Assembly: GCA_964016885.1 (NCBI GenBank)
Contig: OZ024758.1
Coordinates: forward strand, 31,372,001 to 31,436,000
Source of the DNA: Eledone cirrhosa
Taxonomy: Eukaryota
Direction of reading: 5' to 3'
Length of the DNA stretch: 64,000 bases
Of this stretch, positions 26,101 through 41,100 are shown one piece after another; position 1 is the first letter of the stretch; every line of letters begins with the position of its first letter. A program made the translations under genes and the position numbers. Under the pieces are notes generated by a model, which saw only the letters and a program-made list of their open reading frames with translations, searched no databases and was not told where the DNA came from.

Positions 26101-29100
26101 ACAACTATAAATAGATGCAGTGGCTATACTATAGCACAACAACTATAAATAGATGCAGTGGCTATACTATAGCACAACAACTATAAATAGATGCAGTGAC
26201 TATACTATAGCACAACAACTATAAATAGATGCAGTGACTATACTATAGCACAACAACTATAAATAGCTGCAGGGGCTATATTATAAAACAACAACTATAA
26301 ATAGATGCAGGGGCTATACTATAGCACAACAACTATAAATAGATGCAGTGACTATACTATAGCACAACAACTATAAATAGCTGCAGGGGCTATATTATAA
26401 AACAACAACTATAAATAGATGCAGTGGCTATACTATAGCACAACTAAAAATAGATGCAGTGACTATACTATAGCACAACAACTATAAATAGCTGCAGGGG
26501 CTATATTATAAAACAACAACTATAAATAGATGCAGTGGCTATACTATAGCACAACAATGATAAATAGATGCAGTGGCTATACTATAGCACAACAACTATA
26601 AATAGATGCAGTGACTATACTATAGCACAACAACTATAAATAGATGCAGGGGCTATACTATAGCACAACAACTATAAATAGATGCAGTGACTATACTATA
26701 GCACAACAACGATAAATAGATGCAGGGGCTATACTATAGCACAACAACTATAAATAGATGCAGTGGCTATACTATAGCACAACAACTATAAATAGATGCA
26801 GTGGCTATACTATAGCACAACAACGATAAATAGATGCAGTGGCTATACTATAGCACAACAACTATAAATAGATGCAGGGGCTATACTATAGCACAACAAC
26901 TATAAATAGATGCAGTGACTATACTATAGCACAACAACGATAAATAGATGCAGTGACTATACTATAGCACGACAACTATAAATAGATGCAGTGACTATAC
27001 TATAGCACAACAACTATAAATAGATGCAGTGGCTATACTATAGCACAACAACTATAAATAGATGCAGTGGCTATACTATAGCACAACAACTATAAATAGA
27101 TGCAGTGGCTATACTATAGCACAACAACTATAAATAGATGCAGTGGCTATACTATAGCACAACAATGATAAATAGATGCAGTGGCTATACTATAGCACAA
27201 CAACTATAAATAGATGCAGGGGCTATACTATAGCACAACAATGATAAATAGATGCAGTGGCTATACTATAGCACAACAACTATAAATAGATGCAGTGGCT
27301 ATACTATAGCACAACAACTATAAATAGATGCAGTGACTATACTATAGCACAACAACTATAAATAGATGCAGTGACTATACTATAGCACAACAACTATAAA
27401 TAGCTGCAGGGGCTATACTATAGCACAACTACGATAAATAGATGCAGTGACTATACTATAGCACAACAACTATAAATAGATGCAGTGGCTATACTATAGC
27501 ACAACAACTATAAATAGATGCAGTGGCTATACTATAGCACAACAACTATAAATAGATGCAGTGGCTATACTATAGCACAACAACTATAAATAGATGCAGT
27601 GGCTATACTATAGCACAACAACTATAAATAGATGCAGTGACTATACTATAGCACAACAACTATAAATAGATGCAGTGACTATACTATAGCACAACAACTA
27701 TAAATAGCTGCAGGGGCTATATTATAAAACAACAACTATAAATAGATGCAGGGGCTATACTATAGCACAACAACTATAAATAGATGCAGTGACTATACTA
27801 TAGCACAACAACTATAAATAGCTGCAGGGGCTATATTATAAAACAACAACTATAAATAGATGCAGTGGCTATACTATAGCACAACAATGATAAATAGATG
27901 CAGTGGCTATACTATAGCACAACAACTATAAATAGATGCAGTGACTATACTATAGCACAACAACTATAAATAGATGCAGGGGCTATACTATAGCACAACA
28001 ACTATAAATAGATGCAGTGACTATACTATAGCACAACAACGATAAATAGATGCAGGGGCTATACTATAGCACAACAACTATAAATAGATGCAGTGACTAT
28101 ACTATAGCACAACAACGATAAATAGATGCAGTGACTATACTATAGCACAACTATAAATAGATGCAGTGACTATACTATAGCACAACAACTATAAATAGAT
28201 GCAGGGGCTATACTATAGCACAACAACTATAAATAGATGCAGTGGCTATACTATAGCACAACAACTATAAATAGATGCAGTGGCTATACTATAGCACAAC
28301 AATGATAAATAGATGCAGTGGCTATACTATAGCACAACAACTATAAATAGATGCAGGGGCTATACTATAGCACAACAATGATAAATAGATGCAGTGGCTA
28401 TACTATAGCACAACAACGATAAATAGATGCAGTGGCTATACTATAGCACAACAACTATAAATAGATGCAGGGGCTATACTATAGCACAACAACTATAAAT
28501 AGATGCAGTGACTATACTATAGAACAACAACGATAAATAGATGCAGTGACTATACTATAGCACAACAACTATAAATAGATGCAGTGACTATACTATAGCA
28601 CAACAACTATAAATAGATGCAGGGGCTATACTGCTATACTATAGCACAACAACTATAAATAGATGCAGTGGCTATACTATAGCACAACAACTATAAATAG
28701 ATGCAGTGGCTATACTATATCACAACAATGATAAATAGATGCAGTGGCTATACTATAGCACAACAACTATAAATAGATGCAGGGGCTATACTATAGCACA
28801 ACAACTATAAATAGATGCAGTGGCTATACTATAGCACAACAACTATAAATAGATGCAGTGGCTATACTATAGCACAACAATGATAAATAGATGCAGTGGC
28901 TATACTATAGCACAACAACTATAAATAGATGCAGGGGCTATACTATAGCACGACAATGATAAATAGATGCAGTGGCTATACTATAGCACAACAACTATTA
29001 ATAGATGCAGTGGCTATACTATAGCACAACAACTATAAATAGCTGCAGGGGCTATATTATAAAACAACAACTATAAATAGATGCAGTGGCTATACTATAG

Positions 29101-32100
29101 CACAACAACGATAAATAGATGCAGTGGCTATACTATAGCACAACAACTATAAATAGCTGCAGGGGCTATATTATAAAACAACAACTATAAATAGATGCAG
29201 TGGCTATACTATAGCACAACTATAAATAGATGCAGTGACTATACTATAGCACAACAACTATAAATAACTGCAGGGGCTATATTATAAAACAACAACTATA
29301 AATAGATGCAGTGGCTATACTATAGCACAACAATGATAAATAGATGCAGTGGCTATACTATAGCACAACAACTATAAATAGATGCAGTGACTATACTATA
29401 GCACAACAACTATAAATAGCTGCAGTGACTATACTATAGCACAACAACTATAAATAGATGCAGTGTCTATACTATAGAACCACAACGATAAATAGATGCA
29501 GGGGCTATACTATAGCACAACACCTATAAATAGATGCAGTGGCTATACTATAGCACAACGATAAATAGATGCAGTGGCTATACTATAGCACAACAACTAT
29601 AAATAGATGCAGTGGCTATACTATAGCACAACAACTATAAATAGATGCAGGGGCTATACTATAGCACAACAACTATAAAAAGATGCAATGACTATACTAT
29701 AGCACAACAACTATAAATAGATGCAGTGACTATACTATAGCACAACAACTATAAATAGATGCAGTGGCTATAATATAGCACAACAACAATAAATAGATGC
29801 AGGGGCTATACTATAGCACAACAACTATAAATAGATGCAGGGCTATACTATAGCACAACAACTATAAATAGATGCAGGGGCTATACTATAGCACAACAAT
29901 TATAAATAGATGCAGTAGCTATACTATAGCACAACAACTATAAATAGATGCAGTGACTATACTATAGCAGAACAACTATAAATAGATGCAGTGGCTATAC
30001 TATAGCAAAACAACTATAAATAGATGCAGGGGCTATACTATAGCACAACAACTATAAATAGATGCAGGGGCTATACTATAGCTCAACAACTATAAATAGA
30101 TGCAGGGTCTATACTATAGCAGAACAACGATAAATAGATGCAGTGACTATACTATAGCACAACAACTATAAATAGATGCAGTGACTATACTATAGCACAA
30201 CAACTATAAATAGATGCAGTGGCTATACTATAGCACAACAACTATAAATGGATGCAGGGGCTATACTATAGCACAACAACTATAAATAGATGCAGGGGCT
30301 ATACTATAGCACAACAACTATAAATAGATGCAGGGGATATACGATAGCACAACAACTATAAATAGATGCAGGGGCTATACTATAGCACAACAACTATAAA
30401 TAGATGCAGTGGCTATACTGTAGCACAACAACTATAAATAGATGCAGTGACTATACTATAGCACAACAACTATAAGTACATGCAGTGGCTATACTATAGC
30501 ACAACAACAATGAATAGATGCAGGGGCTATACTATAGTACAACAATTATAAATAGATGCAGGGGCTATACTATAGCACAACAAATATAAATAGATGCAGG
30601 GGCTATACTATAGCACAACAACTATAAATAGATGCAGTGACTCTACTATAGCACAACAACTATAAATAGATGCAGGGGCTATACTATAGCACCACAATGA
30701 TAAATAGATACAGGGGCTATACGACAGCACAACAACTATAAATAGATGCAGTGGCTATACTATAGCACAACAACTATAAATAGATGCAGGGGCTATACTA
30801 TAGCACAACAACAATAAATAGCTGCAGGGGCTATACTATAGCACAACAACGATAAATAGATGCAGGGGCTATACTATAGCACAACAACTATAAATAGATG
30901 CAGGGGCTATACTATAGCACAACAACTATAAATGGATGCAGTGACTATACTATAGCACAAACAACTATAAATAGATGCCGGGGCTATACTATAGCACAAC
31001 AACGATAAATAGATGCAGGGGCTATACTATAGCACAACAACTATGAATAGATGCAGGGGCTATACTATAGCACAACAACGATAAAAAGATGCAATGACTT
31101 TACTATAGCACAACAACGATAAAAAGATGCAGTGACTATACTATAGCACAACAACGATAAATAGATTCAGTGACTATACTATAGCACAACAACGATAAAT
31201 TGATGCAGGGGCTATACTATAGCACAACAACTATAAATAGATGCAGGGGCTATACTATAGCACCAAAATGATAAATAGATGCAGGGGCTATACGACAGCA
31301 CAACAACTATAAATAGATGCAGGGGCTATACTATAGCACAACAACTATAAATAGATGCAGGGGCTATACTATAGCACAACAACTATAAATAGATGCAGGG
31401 GCTATACTATAGCACAACAACTATAAATAGATGCAGGTGCTATACTATAGCACAACAACTATAAAAAGATGCAGGGGCTTATACTATAGAACAACAACTA
31501 TAAATAGATGCAGTGACTATACTATAGCACAACAACGATAAATAGATGCAGTGACTATACTATAGCACAACAACTATGAATAGATGCAGGGCCTATACTA
31601 TAGCACAACATCTATAAATAGATGCAGTGACTATACTATAGCACAACAACTATAAATTGATGCAGTGACTATACTATAGCACAACAACTATAAATAGATG
31701 CAGGGGCTATACTATAGCACAACAACTATAAATAGATGCAGTGGCTATACTATAGCACAACAACTATAAATAGATGCAGTGACTATACTATAGCACAAAA
31801 ACTATAATTAGATGCAGTGACTATACTATAGCACAACAACTATAAATAGATGCAGTGATTATACTATAGCACAGCAACGATCAATAGATGCAGGGGCTAT
31901 ACTATAGCACAACAACGATAAATAGATGCAGGGCCTATACTATAGTCCAACAACTATAAATAGATGCAGTGGCTATACTATAGCACAGCAAATATAAATA
32001 GATGCAGGGGCTATACTATAGCACAACAACGATAAATAGATGCAGGGGCTATACTATAGCACAACATCGATAAATAGATGCAATGACTATACTATAGCTC

Positions 32101-35100
32101 AACAACTATAAATAGATGCAGGGGCTATACTATAGCTCAACAACTATAAATAGATGCAGGGGCTATACTATAGCAGAACAACGATAAATAGATGCAGTGA
32201 CTATACTATAGCACAACAACTATAAATAGATGCAGTGACTATACTATAGCACAACAGCTATAAATAGATGCAGTGGCTATACTATAGCACAACAACTACA
32301 AATAGATGCAGGGGCTATACTATAGCACAACAACTATAAATAGATGCAGGGGCTATACTATAGCACAACAACTATAAATAGATGCAGTGGCTATACCATA
32401 GCACAACGATAAATAGATGCAGTGGCTATACTATAGCACAACAACTATAAATAGATGCAGTGGCTATACTATAGCACAACAACTATAAATAGATGCAGGG
32501 GCTATACTATAGCACAACAACTATAAATAGATGCAGTGACTATACTATAGCACAACAACTATAAATAGATGCAGTGACTATACTATAGCACAACAACTAT
32601 AAATAGATGCAGTGGCTATACTATAGCACAACAACTATAAATAGATGCAGTGACTATACTATAGCACAACAACTATAAGTACATGCAGTGGCTATACTAT
32701 AGCACAACAACAATGAATAGATGCAGGGGCTATACTATAGTACAACAATTATAAATAGATGCAGGGGCTATACTATAGCACAACAAATATAAATAGATGC
32801 AGGGGCTATACTATAGCACAACAACTATAAATAGATGCAGTGACTCTACTATAGCACAACAACTATAAATAGATGCAGGGGCTATACTATAGCACCACAA
32901 TGATAAATAGATACAGGGGCTATACGACAGCACAACAACTATAAATAGATGCAGTGGCTATACTATAGCACAACAACTATAAATAGATGCAGGGGCTATA
33001 CTATAGCACAACAACAATAAATAGCTGCAGGGGCTATACTATAGCACAACAACGATAAATAGATGCAGGGGCTATACTATAGCACAACAACTATAAATAG
33101 ATGCAGGGGCTATACTATAGCACAACAACTATAAATGGATGCAGTGACTATACTATAGCACAAACAACTATAAATAGATGCCGGGGCTATACTATAGCAC
33201 AACAACGATAAATAGATGCAGGGGCTATACTATAGCACAACAACTATGAATAGATGCAGGGGCTATACTATAGCACAACAACGATAAAAAGATGCAATGA
33301 CTTTACTATAGCACAACAACGATAAAAAGATGCAGTGACTATACTATAGCACAACAACGATAAATAGATTCAGTGACTATACTATAGCACAACAACGATA
33401 AATTGATGCAGGGGCTATACTATAGCACAACAACTATAAATAGATGCAGGGGCTATACTATAGCACCAAAATGATAAATAGATGCAGGGGCTATACGACA
33501 GCACAACAACTATAAATAGATGCAGGGGCTATACTATAGCACAACAACTATAAATAGATGCAGGGGCTATACTATAGCACAACAACTATAAATAGATGCA
33601 GGGGCTATACTATAGCACAACAACTATAAATAGATGCAGGTGCTATACTATAGCACAACAACTATAAAAAGATGCAGGGGCTTATACTATAGAACAACAA
33701 CTATAAATAGATGCAGTGACTATACTATAGCACAACAACGATAAATAGATGCAGTGACTATACTATAGCACAACAACTATGAATAGATGCAGGGCCTATA
33801 CTATAGCACAACATCTATAAATAGATGCAGTGACTATACTATAGCACAACAACTATAAATTGATGCAGTGACTATACTATAGCACAACAACTATAAATAG
33901 ATGCAGGGGCTATACTATAGCACAACAACTATAAATAGATGCAGTGGCTATACTATAGCACAACAACTATAAATAGATGCAGTGACTATACTATAGCACA
34001 AAAACTATAATTAGATGCAGTGAATATACTATAGCACAACAACTATAAATAGATGCAGTGATTATACTATAGCACAGCAACGATCAATAGATGCAGGGGC
34101 TATACTATAGCACAACAACGATAAATAGATGCAGGGCCTATACTATAGTCCAACAACTATAAATAGATGCAGTGGCTATACTATAGCACAGCAAATATAA
34201 ATAGATGCAGGGGCTATACTATAGCACAACAACGATAAATAGATGCAGGGGCTATACTATAGCACAACATCGATAAATAGATGCAATGACTATACTATAG
34301 CTCAACAACTATAAATAGATGCAGGGGCTATACTATAGCTCAACAACTATAAATAGATGCAGGGGCTATACTATAGCAGAACAACGATAAATAGATGCAG
34401 TGACTATACTATAGCACAACAACTATAAATAGATGCAGTGACTATACTATAGCACAACAGCTATAAATAGATGCAGTGGCTATACTATAGCACAACAACT
34501 ACAAATAGATGCAGGGGCTATACTATAGCACAACAACTATAAATAGATGCAGGGGCTATACTATAGCACAACAACTATAAATAGATGCAGTGGCTATACC
34601 ATAGCACAACGATAAATAGATGCAGTGGCTATACTATAGCACAACAACTATAAATAGATGCAGTGGCTATACTATAGCACAACAACTATAAATAGATGCA
34701 GGGGCTATACTATAGCACAACAACTATAAATAGATGCAGTGACTATACTATAGCACAACAACTATAAATAGATGCAGTGACTATACTATAGCACAACAAC
34801 TATAAATAGATGCAGTGGCTATACTATAGCACAACAACTATAAATAGATGCAGGGGCTATATTATAGCACAACAACAATAAATAGATGCAATGACTATAC
34901 TATAGCACAGCAACTATAAATAGATGCAGGGGCTATACTATAGCACAACAACGATAAATAGATGCAGGGGCTATACTATTGCACAACAACTATAAATAGA
35001 TGCAGGGGCTATACTATAGCACAACAATGATAAATAGATGCGGTGGCTATACTATAGCACAACAACTATAAATAGATGCAGGGGCTATACTATAGCAAAA

Positions 35101-38100
35101 CAATGATAAATAGATGCAGTGGCTATACTATACCACAACAACAATAAATAGATGCAGTGACTATACTATAGCACAGCAACTATAAATAGATGCAGGGGCT
35201 ATACTATAGCACAACAACGATAAATAGATGCAGGAGCTATACTATAGCACAACAACTATAAATAGATACAGTGGCTATACTATAGCACAACTATAAATAG
35301 ATGCAGGGGCTATACTATAGCACAACAACGATAAATAGATGCAGGAGCTATACTATAGCACAACAACTATAAATAGATGCAGTGGCTATACTATAGCACA
35401 ACGATAAATAGATGCAGTGGCTATACTATAGCACAACAACTATAAATAGATGCAGGGGCTATACTATAGCACAACAACTATAAATAGATGCAGTGGCTAT
35501 ACTATAGCACAACAACTATAAATAGATGCAGTGACTATACTATAGCACAGCAACGATAAATAGATACAGTGACTATACTATAGCACAACAACTATAAATA
35601 GATGCAGTGGCTATACTATAGCACAACAACTATAAATAGATGCAGGGGCTATACTATAGCACAACAACGATAAATAGATGCAGAGGCTATACCATAGCAC
35701 AACAACGATAAATAGATGCAGTGACTATACTATAGCACAACAACTATAAATAGCTGCAGGGGCTATACTATAGCACAACAACTATAAATAGATGCAGTGA
35801 CTATACTATAGCACAAACAACTATAAATAGATGCAGGGGCTATACTATAGCACAACAACTATAAGTAGATGCAGTGACTATACTATAGCACAAACAACTA
35901 TAAATAGATGCAGGAGCTATACTATAGCACAACAACGATAAATAGATGCAGTGACTATACAATAGCACAACAACGATAAATAGATGCAGTGGCTATACTA
36001 TAGCACAACAACTATAAATAGATGCAGGGGCTATACTATAGCACAACAACTATAAATAGATGCAGGGGCTACACTATAGCACAACAACTATAAATAGATG
36101 CAGTGGCTATACTATAGCACAACAACTATAAATAGATGCAGGGGCTATACTATAGCACAACAATGATAAATAGATGCAGTGGCTATACTATAGCACAACA
36201 ACTATAAATAGATGCAGTGGCTATACTATAGCACAACAACTATAAATAGATGCAGGGGCTATACTATAGCACAACAACTATAAATAGATGCAGTGACTAT
36301 ACTATAGCACAACAACGATAAATAGATGCAGTGACTATACTATAGCACGACAACTATAAATAGATGCAGTGACTATACTATAGCACAACAACTATAAATA
36401 GATGCAGTGGCTATACTATAGCACAACAACTATAAATAGATGCAGTGGCTATACTATAGCACAACAACTATAAATAGATGCAGTGGCTATACTATAGCAC
36501 AACAACTATAAATAGATGCAGTGGCTATACTATAGCACAACAATGATAAATAGATGCAGTGGCTATACTATAGCACAACAACTATAAATAGATGCAGGGG
36601 CTATGCTATAGCACAACAATGATAAATAGATGCAGTGGCTATACTATAGCACAACAACTATAAATAGATGCAGTGGCTATACTATAGCACAACAACTATA
36701 AATAGATGCAGTGACTATACTATAGCACAACAACTATAAATAGATGCAGTGACTATACTATAGCACAACAACTATAAATAGCTGCAGGGGCTATATTATA
36801 AAACAACAACTATAAATAGATGCAGTGGCTATACTATAGCACAACAACTATAAATAGATGCAGTGGCTATACTATAGCACAACAACTATAAATAGATGCA
36901 GTGGCTATACTATAGCACAACAACTATAAATAGCTGCAGGGGCTATATTATAAAACAACAACTATAAATAGATGCAGTGACTATACTATAGCACAACAAC
37001 TATAAATAGATGCAGTGACTATACTATAGCACAACAACTATAAATAGCTGCAGGGGCTATATTATAAAACAACAACTATAAATAGATGCAGGGGCTATAC
37101 TATAGCACAACAACTATAAATAGATGCAGTGACTATACTATAGCACAACAACTATAAATAGCTGCAGGGGCTATATTATAAAACAACAACTATAAATAGA
37201 TGCAGTGGCTATACTATAGCACAACTAAAAATAGATGCAGTGACTATACTATAGCACAACAACTATAAATAGCTGCAGGGGCTATATTATAAAACAACAA
37301 CTATAAATAGATGCAGTGGCTATACTATAGCACAACAATGATAAATAGATGCAGGGGCTATACTATAGCACAACAATGATAAATAGATGCAGTGGCTATA
37401 CTATAGCACAACAACTATAAATAGATGCAGTGGCTATACTATAGCACAACAACTATAAATAGATGCAGTGACTATACTATAGCACAACAACTATAAATAG
37501 ATGCAGTGACTATACTATAGCACAACAACTATAAATAGCTGCAGGGGCTATACTATAGCACAACTACGATAAATAGATGCAGTGACTATACTATAGCACA
37601 ACAACTATAAATAGATGCAGTGGCTATACTATAGCACAACAACTATAAATAGATGCAGTGGCTATACTATAGCACAACAACTATAAATAGATGCAGTGGC
37701 TATACTATAGCACAACAACTATAAATAGATGCAGTGGCTATACTATAGCACAACAACTATAAATAGATGCAGTGACTATACTATAGCACAACAACTATAA
37801 ATAGATGCAGTGACTATACTATAGCACAACAACTATAAATAGCTGCAGGGGCTATATTATAAAACAACAACTATAAATAGATGCAGGGGCTATACTATAG
37901 CACAACAACTATAAATAGATGCAGTGACTATACTATAGCACAACAACTATAAATAGTTGCAGGGGCTATATTATAAAACAACAACTATAAATAGATGCAG
38001 TGGCTATACTATAGCACAACAATGATAAATAGATGCAGTAGCTATACTATAGCACAACAACTATAAATAGATGCAGTGACTATACTATAGCACAACAACT

Positions 38101-41100
38101 ATAAATAGATGCAGGGGCTATACTATAGCACAACAACTATAAATAGATGCAGTGACTATACTATAGCACAACAACGATAAATAGATGCAGGGGCTATACT
38201 ATAGCACAACAACTATAAATAGATGCAGTGACTATACTATAGCACAACAACGATAAATAGATGCAGTGACTATACTATAGCACAACTATAAATAGATGCA
38301 GTGACTATACTATAGCACAACAACTATAAATAGATGCAGGGGCTATACTATAGCACAACAACTATAAATAGATGCAGTGGCTATACTATAGCACAACAAC
38401 TATAAATAGATGCAGTGGCTATACTATAGCACAACAATGATAAATAGATGCAGTGGCTATACTATAGCACAACAACTATAAATAGATGCAGGGGCTATAC
38501 TATAGCACAACAATGATAAATAGATGCAGTGGCTATACTATAGCACAACAACGATAAATAGATGCAGTGGCTATACTATAGCACAACAACTATAAATAGA
38601 TGCAGGGGCTATACTATAGCACAACAACTATAAATAGATGCAGTGACTATACTATAGCACAACAACGATAAATAGATGCAGTGACTATACTATAGCACAA
38701 CAACTATAAATAGATGCAGTGACTATACTATAGCACAACAACTATAAATAGATGCAGGGGCTATACTGCTATACTATAGCACAACAACTATAAATAGATG
38801 CAGTGGCTATACTATAGCACAACAACTATAAATAGATGCAGTGGCTATACTATATCACAACAATGATAAATAGATGCAGTGGCTATACTATAGCACAACA
38901 ACTATAAATAGATGCAGGGGCTATACTATAGCACAACAACTATAAATAGATGCAGTGGCTATACTATAGCACAACAACTATAAATAGATGCAGTGGCTAT
39001 ACTATAGCACAACAATGATAAATAGATGCAGTGGCTATACTATAGCACAACAACTATAAATAGATGCAGGGGCTATACTATAGCACGACAATGATAAATA
39101 GATGCAGTGGCTATACTATAGCACAACAACTATTAATAGATGCAGTGGCTATACTATAGCACAACAACTATAAATAGCTGCAGGGGCTATATTATAAAAC
39201 AACAACTATAAATAGATGCAGTGGCTATACTATAGCACAACAACGATAAATAGATGCAGTGGCTATACTATAGCACAACAACTATAAATAGCTGCAGGGG
39301 CTATATTATAAAACAACAACTATAAATAGATGCAGTGGCTATACTATAGCACAACTATAAATAGATGCAGTGACTATACTATAGCACAACAACTATAAAT
39401 AGCTGCAGGGGCTATATTATAAAACAACAACTATAAATAGATGCAGTGGCTATACTATAGCACAACAATGATAAATAGATGCAGTGGCTATACTATAGCA
39501 CAACAACTATAAATAGATGCAGTGACTATACTATAGCACAACAACTATAAATAGCTGCAGTGACTATACTATAGCACAACAACTATAAATAGATGCAGTG
39601 TCTATACTATAGAACCACAACGATAAATAGATGCAGGGGCTATACTATAGCACAACACCTATAAATAGATGCAGTGGCTATACTATAGCACAACGATAAA
39701 TAGATGCAGTGGCGATACTATAGCACAACAACTATAAATAGATGCAGTGGCTATACTATAGCACAACAACTATAAATAGATGCAGGGGCTATACTATAGC
39801 ACAACAACTATAAATAGATGCAATGACTATACTATAGCACAACAACTATAAATAGATGCAGTGACTATACTATAGCACAACAACTATAAATAGATGCAGT
39901 GGCTATAATATAGCACAACAACAATAAATAGATGCTGGGGCTATACTATAGCACAACAACTATAAATAGATGCAGGGCTATACTATAGCACAACAACTAT
40001 AAATAGATGCAGGGGCTATACTATAGCACAACAATTATAAATAGATGCAGTAGCTATACTATAGCACAACAACTATAAATAGATGCAGTGACTATACTAT
40101 AGCAGAACAACTATAAATAGATGCAGTGGCTATACTATAGCAAAACAACTATAAATAGATGCAGGGGCTATACTATAGCACAACAACTATAAATAGATGC
40201 AGGGGCTATACTATAGCTCAACAACTATAAATAGATGGAGGGTCTATACTATAGCAGAACAACGATAAATAGATGCAGTGACTATACTATAGCACAACAA
40301 CTATAAATAGATGCAGTGACTATACTATAGCACAACAACTATAAATAGATGCAGTGGCTATACTATAGCACAACAACTATAAATGGATGCAGGGGCTATA
40401 CTATAGCACAACAACTATAAATAGATGCAGGGGCTATACTATAGCACAACAACTATAAATAGATGCAGGGGATATACGATAGCACAACAACTATAAATAG
40501 ATGCAGGGGCTATACTATAGCACAACAACTATAAATAGATGCAGTGGCTATACTGTAGCACAACAACTATAAATAGATGCAGTGACTATACTATAGCACA
40601 ACAACTATAAGTACATGCAGTGGCTATACTATAGCACAACAACAATGAATAGATGCAGGGGCTATACTATAGTACAACAATTATAAATAGATGCAGGGGC
40701 TATACTATAGCACAACAACTATAAATAGATGCAGGGGCTATACTATAGCACAACTAAAAATAGATGCAGTGACTATACTATAGCACAACAACTATAAATA
40801 GCTGCAGGGGCTATATTATAAAACAACAACTATAAATAGATGCAGTGGCAATACTATAGCACAACAATGATAAATAGATGCAGTGGCTATACTATAGCAC
40901 AACAACTATAAATAGATGCAGTGACTATACTATAGCACAACAACTATAAATAGATGCAGGGGCTATACTATAGCACAACAACTATAAATAGATGCAGTGA
41001 CTATACTATAGCACAACAACGATAAATAGATGCAGGGGCTATACTATAGCACAACAACTATAAATAGATGCAGTGGCTATACTATAGCACAACAACTATA

